From positions 1 through 39,529 of IMG/VR virus record IMGVR_UViG_3300005739_000034: 39,529 nucleotides of DNA; one strand, 5' to 3'. Source of the DNA: a virus (lineage: Duplodnaviria; Caudoviricetes). Shown one piece after another: positions 25,711 through 34,400 of this stretch. Each line of letters begins with the position of its first letter. Position 1 is the first letter of the stretch. Position numbers and translations under genes: made by a program. The notes under the pieces were generated by a model, which was not told where the DNA came from, searched no databases, and was given only the letters and a program-made list of their open reading frames with translations.

Positions 25711-25880
25711 TTTCCTGCTTTGGTTGTGGTTTGGCGTTTTGAGTTGTGATCCCGTGTGACACCTTCGCGCTGACGCTTGATGAGCATCGCGATGTAGGCG
25801 GATCGGGTGTGGCAGGTTTGCTCTCGCTGGCGATCTAAAAATTTTAATAGGTCGCTGGGCATAGTGATCGTGGTTCGCAT
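25707..25880 (-). CDS. Ribbon-helix-helix (Arc/CopG-like) regulator 2 (57 aa, not in ORF track)
   Basis: MRTTITMPSDLLKFLDRQREQTCHTRSAYIAMLIK fits the RHH strand-helix-helix pattern. Confidence 0.75.
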   Translation of the reverse strand: MRTTITMPSDLLKFLDRQREQTCHTRSAYIAMLIKRQREGVTRDHNSKRQTTTKAGK

Positions 25881-25881
25881 C

Positions 25882-26070
25882 TTACTTCGGCTTGGGTTGA
25901 GGCTTCGCTTCGGTTTCGACTGCTGCCCGCTCTGCTTGGATCAAAACTCTGACGAAGGTCGAGAAGTCATTGATGCCGGTCTTGCGGGCTTGCTTCATTG
26001 CCCACGCATACATCCCATCGTCCACCGTGATGGTGGTCCGTTTGATGTGCGGGGCGCGTTGGTTCGGCAT
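25882..26070 (-). CDS. Ribbon-helix-helix (Arc/CopG-like) regulator 1
   Basis: KRTTITVDDGMYAWAMKQARKTGINDFSTFVRVLI; start reassigned to ATG 26070. Confidence 0.7.
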   Translation of the reverse strand: MPNQRAPHIKRTTITVDDGMYAWAMKQARKTGINDFSTFVRVLIQAERAAVETEAKPQPKPK

Positions 26071-26098
26071 ATGAGAAAGGATGCTATTTGGCGATTTC

Positions 26099-26114
26099 AT
26101 GTGACACCTGTCAA
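26099..26114. promoter_or_regulatory. Putative operator TGACA-CC-TGTCA overlapping a TTGACA hexamer
   Basis: Same 12-bp palindrome as 26671-26682; lies upstream of RHH gene 1. Confidence 0.55.
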
Positions 26115-26351
26115 TCAATTTTTAATCGAAGCGGGATTGATTGCCGCGGGATTGATTGCAACAAACTTTTTCCCCGCAAATGGAGGAAAAGGAATTCCGC
26201 GCACCTTGGAAGGAATGCGGACCAAAAACCCGCGATTGGCTAATGTTGAGCCAACAATCGGAGCGGTAAAAGTAAGCGTTCCACCATCCGGAAGCGGATG
26301 CTGAAAACGAATGCGAGACAAGTTGGATTTGGCGTTGGTTGTAGTGTTCAT
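26115..26351 (-). CDS. Hypothetical early protein (78 aa)
   Basis: ORF in the early operon; no recognisable motif. Confidence 0.5.
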   Translation of the reverse strand: MNTTTNAKSNLSRIRFQHPLPDGGTLTFTAPIVGSTLANRGFLVRIPSKVRGIPFPPFAGKKFVAINPAAINPASIKN

Positions 26352-26403
26352 GCGTGATGGTTGGGTTGGTGGCGCGGGGGTCGAACCCGCGCCGGTTGGT
26401 GGG

Positions 26404-26628
26404 TTAGGCGGCGAGAAAGTAATTTTTTACTCCGGTGACCCAGTCGATTTCCTCGATAGTGGCGTCGGTGTAGAGCGCATCAGATTCTTCCCATGCTGCG
26501 AAGCCGCGAGCGATGAGAGTCAATGTGAGGTTGGTTCTCCAACTGGGCGTTTGGAGTGCGGTGAATTTGTAGGTGTTGATGGTTTCGGTGAGTTTCATTT
26601 TTGCTGTTTGGATTTTGGTTTGCGTCAT
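26404..26628 (-). CDS. Hypothetical early protein, first gene after the sigma70 promoter
   Basis: ATG 26628 (or 26598) lies downstream of the -10 box; the track's GTG start falls inside the promoter. Confidence 0.5.
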   Translation of the reverse strand: MTQTKIQTAKMKLTETINTYKFTALQTPSWRTNLTLTLIARGFAAWEESDALYTDATIEEIDWVTGVKNYFLAA

Positions 26629-26654
26629 TGGCGTTGTGCCTCTGATCTGATGCC

Positions 26655-26683
26655 AATGTATGCCATAGTGTGACACCTGTCAA
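26655..26683 (-). promoter_or_regulatory. Sigma70-type early promoter with overlapping palindromic operator
   Basis: TTGACA-17 nt-TACATT on the minus strand with an A-tract upstream; TGACA-GG-TGTCA palindrome covers the -35 box. Confidence 0.75.
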
Positions 26684-26741
26684 GCGGTATGACACAAGAT
26701 TTTTTTGGTCCGCGGAGCGAGTGTTTATGCGGCTCCGCGGG

Positions 26742-26939
26742 CTACCGGCGTTTTTTCTGTGATTTTTTTTTGGCGTGATACGCGGCGAGATTCTTCGCCT
26801 TGATGCGCTCCGCGTTCGCCTCATACCAAGCCCGTTTCCGGAGTGACTCGCTGGCGGCAAACCCGCGCTCTGTCTCGTAGCGTTGCAGGTATCTTTCCCG
26901 CATGGCGTCGAGTTGTTCGTCGCGGTTGGCGAAAGGCAT
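26742..26939 (-). CDS. Small basic hypothetical protein (65 aa)
   Basis: MPFANRDEQLDAMRERY...KKKSQKKRR; the track's longer start would run through attP. Confidence 0.5.
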   Translation of the reverse strand: MPFANRDEQLDAMRERYLQRYETERGFAASESLRKRAWYEANAERIKAKNLAAYHAKKKSQKKRR

Positions 26940-26963
26940 AGTCAAAAATACCCAACGGCAGCA

Positions 26964-27172
26964 GGTGCAGCAATGGTTGAATCGTGGATAACTGGCGTGG
27001 ATAACTCGACCGATTTCCACACCAAAAAGCCCGCCAACCCGCATGAATGCTGGGAGGGAGGCGAGGGTCGGAATCGAACCGACGCTTTCATCTGTGACTC
27101 TGTCAACAGAGTAAAACGCAGTTTTTGCTGCACCATTTTCCATATTCTGATGTATAACTCGCGGCGATAACT
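26964..27172. other. attP region: tRNA 3'-end core (27057-27084) with flanking arm-type repeats
   Basis: Minus strand GTCGG-TTCGATT-CCGAC-CCTCGCC-T-CC = T-arm, 3' acceptor strand and U discriminator (Cys-like). ATAACT-ending repeats at 26984, 26997, 27150 and 27163. Directly upstream of the integrase. Confidence 0.75.
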
Positions 27173-28351
27173 ATGGCATCCCTCACCACTCTCCCCAACT
27201 CCCCTTACTGGGTCGCTCGCATGAAAGTCTGGGTGACCGTCGAAGACCACCCACAGGGCGGTTTCTACCGGCGAACCTTCCGGTCCACCAAGGTCAAGGT
27301 CAAGTCTGCCCGCCGGACCGCACAGCGTGTCGCTGACGAAATGGAGCGCACCGCTTGCGAGTTGCGCGACATGAAACCGGACAAGGCATGGTTTGAGGCG
27401 CGTGTAGCCGCGCTGATGCGGGCGTCGGGGGTCGAGGCTCCGGTGGAGCGGACCAACTGGAAAAACGCCGCCGCGGGGTGGCTACGCGCCAAGGACGCCA
27501 AGCCACGGTCCATTGAACGATACGAATCGGACATCGCCCATTTCACGGCATTCCTTGGGGTCCGCGCCGGTCACGATTTGCGCGGGGTCACGCCGGACGA
27601 TGTGTCGAGGTTTTACCAGTCCCTGCTCGCCTCCGGATTGTCGGCAACCACCGCCCAGCACATCACCAAAACCATCCGTTCGGTCTTCCGGCGGGCAGTC
27701 CTGTTGCGCCGGATCGAGAGCAATCCCGCGGAACTGCTCCGGATGCGCGGCGGCAAATCCGCGGTCCAGCGACAACCGTTTTCCAAGGCGGACCTCGATA
27801 CGATTTTTTCCCACCTCAAAACGGAGCATCCGGAATGGCGCACCGCTTGCCTGTTCGGTTTGTGCTACGGAATGCGGATCGGTGATGCGGTCCGGAGGCG
27901 GATCGAGGAAATCGACACCGTGGACGGCATCCCGTGCCTGCAATTCGTCCCAGAAAAAAAATCATGGCGGGGAAAAACCGTCAGCGTCCCGCTGGTCGGG
28001 GAACTGGAAAAGTTAACCCACAGGTTAACCGGCAAAGGATACATCACGCCGCACCTCGCCTCGCTGCCAAACCCGTCGAAGGAATTTGGCAAGGTGCTTG
28101 GACGCTCAAAACTCAAACGCAAGAAAAGCGAGAAGACCGCGCAGGGTCGCGGGATCACCGACAAAACATTCCACTCCTTCCGGCACACCATAAATTCCCT
28201 GCTGGTCGATACCGGCGCGGACCAGCGTGTCCGGCAACTGATATGCGATCACGATGACGCCAAGGTCAACGCGCACTACACCCACGCTTCACTCGCCACA
28301 ATGGCGGCGGCAATCGACAAGGCAATCAGTCGAGGAACTGTGCCGAAATAA
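27173..28351 (+). CDS. int: Tyrosine integrase
   Basis: YGMRIGD (R), FHSFRHT (HxxR), CDH and HYTH (Y) catalytic motifs; the only plus-strand gene. Confidence 0.93.
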   Translation: MASLTTLPNSPYWVARMKVWVTVEDHPQGGFYRRTFRSTKVKVKSARRTAQRVADEMERTACELRDMKPDKAWFEARVAALMRASGVEAPVERTNWKNAAAGWLRAKDAKPRSIERYESDIAHFTAFLGVRAGHDLRGVTPDDVSRFYQSLLASGLSATTAQHITKTIRSVFRRAVLLRRIESNPAELLRMRGGKSAVQRQPFSKADLDTIFSHLKTEHPEWRTACLFGLCYGMRIGDAVRRRIEEIDTVDGIPCLQFVPEKKSWRGKTVSVPLVGELEKLTHRLTGKGYITPHLASLPNPSKEFGKVLGRSKLKRKKSEKTAQGRGITDKTFHSFRHTINSLLVDTGADQRVRQLICDHDDAKVNAHYTHASLATMAAAIDKAISRGTVPK

Positions 28352-28688
28352 GCCGGTCCGGCGAAGATGTGATCCGGAGCCACTCGCGGGCAATCATGTC
28401 CGGATCGTTTGCCCATGCGCGAAGCCGGTTGGATTTCCAGTAGGCGTCCCAGCCCCAAAGTTGGTTTGCGCCGGTCGGGTAAAGATAGGCGCAGATGGCG
28501 TGACCCCAGCGCGGCGTCCCGATTCTCACGACGCGGGCTTGGATTCCAGATTGCCGCAATCCCTGCGCCATCGCTGCCGCTTCCGGCAGGCAGGCGTTTT
28601 TGTAGCGTCCCACCCACTCCGGCGTCCGGACCGGAGGTTCGCTGGCGCACCCAGCAAGCAACAAGCACAGGATCGCCGCGAATCTCAC
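28326..28688 (-). CDS. Lipoprotein with transglutaminase/papain-like Cys-His-Asp motifs
   Basis: GTG start overlaps the endolysin stop; lipobox LLAG-C; NAC...GHAIC...WGWD. Confidence 0.6.
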   Translation of the reverse strand: MRFAAILCLLLAGCASEPPVRTPEWVGRYKNACLPEAAAMAQGLRQSGIQARVVRIGTPRWGHAICAYLYPTGANQLWGWDAYWKSNRLRAWANDPDMIAREWLRITSSPDRLISAQFLD

Positions 28689-29146
28689 GCGAAAAGGTCT
28701 TTGCCGGTTGCCACGCGCTGGCGCATCTGGGCGAGTGTCAGACCCAACTTCGCCTCGAAATGCGGGCGATCCACCAGTTTCTTCCAACGCCCTCCCCACT
28801 CCAGACCCAGCGATTCGCCTACCAGACCGCATTCGCTGTAAAGACTGTGGTCCCCGTAGTATTTCGGTCCCTTGAAAATTCCGATATCGAATGCCACGCC
28901 AAAATTGTGGCGCGAAAATCCGGCGCGGGCGTTTGTCACTTTTGGACCCGCGGTCGTTCTGCCTTTTGCATACAAAGCGTCCTGCTCCGCGTAGGTGCGC
29001 GTCCCGCAAATGATCCGGACATCGAAGCCAAACGCTTTGCAAATCGGAATCGCACCGCTCAAAAAGGCGCGGGCAAGTTCCTGCATTTTGGGATGCAGGG
29101 TCGCGATGTTCCGCTCGCTCCGTTCGTCAAATTTTTTTGCGGGCAT
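28685..29146 (-). CDS. Endolysin, peptidase M15 (L-Ala-D-Glu peptidase-like)
   Basis: RTYAEQDALYAKGRT, SRHNFGVAFD (SxHxxGxAxD), WGGRW and DRPHFE motifs. Confidence 0.92.
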   Translation of the reverse strand: MPAKKFDERSERNIATLHPKMQELARAFLSGAIPICKAFGFDVRIICGTRTYAEQDALYAKGRTTAGPKVTNARAGFSRHNFGVAFDIGIFKGPKYYGDHSLYSECGLVGESLGLEWGGRWKKLVDRPHFEAKLGLTLAQMRQRVATGKDLFA

Positions 29147-29303
29147 CCTGTGCAGCGATTAAGCCGATTCCCGCGGTCACAGCGGCAATCAACGCTCCAA
29201 GGTCGGGAATGTTGCCGGTGGCGAGGTAGGTTTTTGCCGCGGTCCCCACAGCGGTGAGAATAGTTGCGACACCCAGTAGTGTTGTTTTCCAGTTCATTTT
29301 CAT
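29127..29303 (-). CDS. Putative holin (two hydrophobic helices)
   Basis: MKMNWKTTLLGVATILTAVG...LGALIAAVTAGIGLIAA; possible Met-Lys-Met dual start; precedes the endolysin. Confidence 0.65.
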   Translation of the reverse strand: MKMNWKTTLLGVATILTAVGTAAKTYLATGNIPDLGALIAAVTAGIGLIAAQDARKKI

Positions 29304-29470
29304 TTTTTCAGTCCTTGTAGTTCGGGGAGTTCGTATGAAAACCGTCCCCAATCGGTTTCGATGCTGATCCGCGGGCGGTTAAACGCACCGCTGGCGCATC
29401 CGGAAAGCAGCAGGACAGCACCCGCCGCCATTCCCAAAACAATCAGCAATGAAATCCATTTGGGTTTCAT
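29300..29470 (-). CDS. Small lipoprotein (56 aa), possibly spanin-like
   Basis: MKPKWISLLIVLGMAAGAVLLLSG-C lipobox inside the lysis cassette. Confidence 0.55.
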   Translation of the reverse strand: MKPKWISLLIVLGMAAGAVLLLSGCASGAFNRPRISIETDWGRFSYELPELQGLKK

Positions 29471-29736
29471 TTTTGAAAATGCCGCTCGACGCGCTCGATG
29501 ACTGCCTTGGCGGACGCGATCACCTCCAGCATCTCCGCGTTCGCTTTCTTGAGGTGCGCGACAAAATCCTCCGTCTGCTCGTCCATCCGCGCCTGTAGCC
29601 GGTCGATCCTGCCGGTGAAATACCGGAACAAAAACCAAACCGCCGCCATGCCAATGACCAGCAAGGCGACAAACAACCAACGGTCCGATTGGTGCGCGGC
29701 GAAACTGATAGCTTCCATTGCGGTTTGCGATGTCAT
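29467..29736 (-). CDS. Single-TM, coiled-coil membrane protein (holin/lysis-associated)
   Basis: WLFVALLVIGMAAVWFLF hydrophobic helix followed by an amphipathic coil. Confidence 0.55.
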   Translation of the reverse strand: MTSQTAMEAISFAAHQSDRWLFVALLVIGMAAVWFLFRYFTGRIDRLQARMDEQTEDFVAHLKKANAEMLEVIASAKAVIERVERHFQK

Positions 29737-29954
29737 GGCTGGGAAGGTTTAGTCAAAAATGCATGAAGCGCGAGCAAGTCTTCGCGATTGTCGCGGACCC
29801 ATTGCCAATGCGGTTCCCTGTGCGGTCCGGACGGTCCCTCGACGCCTTGGATTGCGGTCATCAATCCCGCGGTCAACGGTGTATCGTCGGTCCATTTGTC
29901 CATGTTGGTGCTGAACCAAGCCCACGCACCCATAAGTTCGTTGTCGAGTTCCAT
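29733..29954 (-). CDS. Hypothetical protein (73 aa)
   Basis: Start and stop overlap both neighbours. Confidence 0.55.
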   Translation of the reverse strand: MELDNELMGAWAWFSTNMDKWTDDTPLTAGLMTAIQGVEGPSGPHREPHWQWVRDNREDLLALHAFLTKPSQP

Positions 29955-30412
29955 TATTGCCTCCGGATTTGAATGTATGGTTGAAGAAGCATGGCGCTAC
30001 CGGCAGTCGTTCTTCGCGCCAACAATTGAAATGTGGTGCTTTCGCCGGTTGCGTTGTAAGTGACCCACGCGCTGGTGAGTGTTTCTGTATCTCCGGAATT
30101 AGGACCGTTCGTTGTTCGCTGCCGAAAACTTGCTGGAGTCAAGCGCGTTGGCGCATTCCCGTCTCTGTATGCGTCAAGCGCGTATTCCACATTTGAACCT
30201 CCGTATTGCGAAACGCAAACGATACGAATTCCCACATTAAAAGATGGCGCAGCTTGATTGTCATCGAGGTCAAGCATCACGCAAGTTGGAACTCCTACAA
30301 TGGCGCGTCCAATTGTAACGAATGATGTCGAACTAAAAATGTAATCATTGTAGTCGAACGGCATCGCAATCGTTTTGTAGTTCGACCGGTCGGATGGAAG
30401 GATGAGAGGCAT
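29954..30412 (-). CDS. Hypothetical beta-rich tail-associated protein
   Basis: 152 aa, coupled to the fibre-like gene; function inferred from position only. Confidence 0.5.
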   Translation of the reverse strand: MPLILPSDRSNYKTIAMPFDYNDYIFSSTSFVTIGRAIVGVPTCVMLDLDDNQAAPSFNVGIRIVCVSQYGGSNVEYALDAYRDGNAPTRLTPASFRQRTTNGPNSGDTETLTSAWVTYNATGESTTFQLLARRTTAGSAMLLQPYIQIRRQ

Positions 30413-30414
30413 AA

Positions 30415-31485
30415 TTAGGCGTGAGCAATGTAGTAGCTTTGGCTTGCTTCAGTCCGGATCATTCGCACCGACGATGTCGGAACGAACCGTCCTTCAAAAA
30501 TAAGCGTTCCGCCACCATCGATTCGCAGGGTCGAGGTGGACGCTGTTCCGCCAAACGAAATGTGGAACGGTGCAGTCGAGAGGTTTTGGATCAGCAAATA
30601 ATTTCGCGTGGAATTCGACGCCAGCACCTCTGTGCTGGTCGATGCGGCAGTTCCAGTTGTTTCGGTGATTGCTGCGCTGGACAACAAAACCGGAACGGCA
30701 GAAGCGCGGAGTTGCGAATCGGTCAGCGGACCACTCACAGGGACCGCGGTGGCTCGCAGTTGCGTGTCAGTTAGCGGACCACTTACTGGAACCGCGGAAG
30801 CGCGTAGCTGGGTGTCCGTAAGAGGTCCGGTCGCGGTGACCGTTCCAGAAACGGCAACCGCTGTTGCCCGAAGTTGCGTGTCTGTCAAAGGACCGGTTGC
30901 AGTCACCGTTCCGGACACAGGTTGCGTGACCCCAGACCCGTCAACCAACAACCGGCTTGATGCCGCGGTTAGCGTCGGAATCTTTGTGTTCAGAGTAGAC
31001 AGCGTGGTTTCGGTTGCCGCGCCGGTAGGAAGTGGCAACGCGGTTGCGCTGACCGGCTGGGTAGCCGGAAAGGTGACATTTGCTGTCACGGTTCCATCCA
31101 CCGTCAGCGATCCACCGTTGTCAGTCACAGGAACCGTGCCGGTGTCTACCTGCAACCGGTTTGACGAAACGGTAAGGTTGGAAGGAATTCGCCCAAGGAT
31201 CGATGTAAGGTGAGCAAGCCCGCGCTTGAACAGCGACACCATTGACATCGTGCCGGTGTCTTGTGTCGCCGCCGCGTCGGTTTTTGCGCCCAGCGTTTCT
31301 TCGATGGTGTTTACATCCGCAACAAGGTCACCGCTGATGTTGACGGTCGCTTGGGACAAATCGACATTGGAATCTACCTTGAGTTTTCCATTTGCATCTA
31401 CTTGCAGCATTTTTAGGTTGCCGGAAGGGTCTTCGGCAACGCCTACTGCTGTATCTACTACGGGATCGTAATCTTGAACTTTCAT
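30415..31485 (-). CDS. Tail fibre-like protein with T/V/S-rich repeats
   Basis: GGSLTVDGTV, TQPVS and four GPLTD[TS]QLRA[TS]AV[AP]V repeats; follows the tailspike gene. Confidence 0.65.
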   Translation of the reverse strand: MKVQDYDPVVDTAVGVAEDPSGNLKMLQVDANGKLKVDSNVDLSQATVNISGDLVADVNTIEETLGAKTDAAATQDTGTMSMVSLFKRGLAHLTSILGRIPSNLTVSSNRLQVDTGTVPVTDNGGSLTVDGTVTANVTFPATQPVSATALPLPTGAATETTLSTLNTKIPTLTAASSRLLVDGSGVTQPVSGTVTATGPLTDTQLRATAVAVSGTVTATGPLTDTQLRASAVPVSGPLTDTQLRATAVPVSGPLTDSQLRASAVPVLLSSAAITETTGTAASTSTEVLASNSTRNYLLIQNLSTAPFHISFGGTASTSTLRIDGGGTLIFEGRFVPTSSVRMIRTEASQSYYIAHA

Positions 31486-31489
31486 ATGG

Positions 31490-34400
31490 TTAGTTGGTTC
31501 TTATAAATTTCATTCCGCCAATTTCAAATGGCACAGAATAAGTTGGTGATGTGAGATTTTTTCTGACCACTACGACTAAATTATTGGATGCAAAATCAAG
31601 CCCATTCATGGGTCCGTTCAATTCCGACACCGCTAACACTTTGCGATTCCCTTTTGGAAATTCGCCAGTAACGATTAATCGTGAACCCGTATTCGGTATA
31701 ACAGTTCCCCCGAAAACTGTGATTGGTTGCCAACTGATACTAATGGAGCGCAATTCTGGTGACGAGATGCCGGTCCCAATTGTTTCCGAAGACCCATTGT
31801 GAATGGCAGCAGCAACATCGTAATTTGTGTTGTTGCCCGACAAAGATACTCTCAATCCTCTTGCTGTTAATGCTTGTCCTTCTTCGTTTCCTGTTCCTCC
31901 AAAATACACAGTAGTAACAAACCCGCTTTCCGCCCGCGCAATTAAGCGGCATTCAAAAGTAAAACCATTACTTGCAAAATAACCTTCGGCTTGAGCCAAA
32001 GAATGATTTAGTTTTGGCACGATCAATCGTGACCATCCTGTTGCAGAGTTTGCAGGAACACGCATCCACGCTTGCACACCTGTAAACCCATGCCTTTTTG
32101 CTTCCCATCTGAATTGAGCGGTTTGTCCTGCCGCAAGCGTTGGCGAAACGCGAATAGCAAAATTTGCCCCATCAATTGAATCTACCCACCATTTGTTAGC
32201 GTCCCCCATTGCATTTAATGGAGTCACATTTATATCCGGCGCAACTTCAAGCCCATGACTTACTACGACAGAACTTTGCCCTCCGCTGATTTGCGCTGTG
32301 CCGACATTGTTGTCTACAATCCATTGCGGCATTCCTCCGGACTTGGAGAGCAAGTATTGATTTGTTGTGATTTCCGTTGTTCGATCTCCCGATCCTAATG
32401 GCGAATTGTCCGTCACAATGACGCCCTGCGCGTTTTCAAGCAAAATTGGTTCTTGGCGCGTAAAAGGACCGATAAGCGTGTTGTGACTAATAACGCCATC
32501 TCGCGTTACCGCTAATGCTAATTTGTTGGAAGCAATGTCCGCAGCAAGCGTGGTTGCTGTATGCGGCGCGATTACTTTGTAGCTTATTCCATTGCTATCG
32601 ACCACCGTATCGAACTCTGTAAAAACAACTCCAGATGCCCATCCTTTTGATACTAAATTCCATTTACCGCTACCATTGTTCCAATCCGTTGAAAAATTTG
32701 CAGCAGAGGTGTGGGTTTGTTTGCAATAATACAAACCGTTTAATGATACCGGTCCTCCGGTGTAATGTGCATATTGACCTTCCGTGAAAGTAGTTGATGC
32801 TACCCACGGCACATTCACTATGTTATTACTACCAAAGCGAATACCGATCAATACATTCGATGAATCAGCGCGAATAATATTGTTTGTAATATTTACATTG
32901 CGATTACAACTTCCTTGTATTTGTATAACATTGCTCGCGCTGTTGTTTAATCGACTTTCGAACACATTGCCGGTAATGTTGCAATTGTCCAAAGTCGTGT
33001 TGCAAAATATTGCGCTTATTACCTCTTTTGCAACATTGCCAGATATTGTAATATTCCGCAGGGTTTCTGCGTTACTCATGCTGATTCCAGACAAGCTATT
33101 TCCATAAACGGAACCTGCCCAATCTGCTTCAGTATTTAACGGCAATGTGTTATCAATCTTGCGATTGGTCATGTAATTGCCAGTAATAGTTCCGTTGCTG
33201 GAGTTTGCCATTTCGATGCAATAATCCCTTGCCCCGATAGCCACATTGCCCGTGACTGAAAAATCGTCTGCACCACCCATGCTAATTGCTATATCCCCGC
33301 CACTTATGAAATTGTTTGCTACGATGGCATTTCTTGATTCTGCATATAATTCAATACCTGTCGTTCCTCCGGTGATACAAATATTGTTGGCGACGGTAAT
33401 GTTTTGAATTTCTGCTGCCGGTGTTCCGGAAAAAGCAAACCGAGCAGTTCCTATGCATCTGGCATAGCTGCCTTTTACTTCCCACGAATTATTTTTGACG
33501 GTGTTGCCACTAATAATGAAATCAGAAGGTGGAACAATTGATGCGATATATGTTGGATCAAGAGTCGATTGAATAACAATTCCCATGTAAACATTCGACA
33601 GTTTATTGTTTTCAATCCTTGTCCCAGCAACCGATCTATTGCTTCCGGACCCGTAAAAAGAATCGTTAGCATATGTTGCTACACCGGCTCCAACCCCCAA
33701 CTGTGCCGTAATTCCCCGTCCTTGAATATTGAAGAGTTCGCAATGTTTTACGGTGATATCGATACCGTTGATTTCAATAGCATGAAACTTGTCAGCAAAA
33801 TTTGCAGAATTATTAACTGCAACCGAATAACTTGTCCTTGATGGCGTGGTTCCCGCCACAAAAGAACCGTCGAAACGCAACCCATCAATTGTCGTTTTTT
33901 CGCCTGCTATTCGGAAAAACTGTGGGAAATACCCGTCCGCGGCTTTGAGAGTCGCATTGCCGTGCAATTTCAAGCCAGTTTTTGAAAACGGAATGTTGAT
34001 CCTTGCACCAATCCGGTAAATTCCTTTGGGGAACAATATCTGGTCACCATTGGACGCGGCATTGATAGCATTTTGAATTTGCGTGTGACTATTGGTCACG
34101 CCGGTTGGGTCGGCTCCAAAATCCAGCACATTGATTTGATCCGCTTCGCGGTCGCTGATTAACCGCGGAGTATCTGATCCGGTGGCAGTAATCGGACCTA
34201 CCGCAACTGTTGGCATTGTTCCCCAGCTTGCCGGTTGTCCCGCACCAGCGGTAAGCAACGCAAACGGTCCCGCGCCGATTGGATATTGCGGCAAGGGACG
34301 ATGGTCTTGCCAAGCAATGGACCCATTGTTGGACAACGCAACGGACAATCCGGTGTTTGGTGGCGAAGGGATGTTGGCGTCGGTGTCCCAAGATATTGCT

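Noticed and set aside
26710-26740. CCGCGGAGC...GCTCCGCGG hairpin as an intrinsic terminator
   Set aside because: The stem is real, but on the coding strand it is followed by an A-tract (likely promoter UP element) rather than a U-tract; function unresolved.
26984-27006. DnaA boxes (CGTGGATAA, 8/9 match) as a replication origin
   Set aside because: The same ATAACT ending and 13-bp spacing recur on the other side of the att core, which fits integrase arm sites better.
27057-27084. Complete tRNA gene
   Set aside because: Only the T-arm and 3' acceptor strand are present; better explained as the attP core. The 26371-26393 hairpin likewise lacks the other arms.
28689-29042. N-terminal half of the track's 238-aa ORF 28326-29042
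   Set aside because: Overlaps the endolysin; the signal peptide and lipobox begin at GTG 28688.
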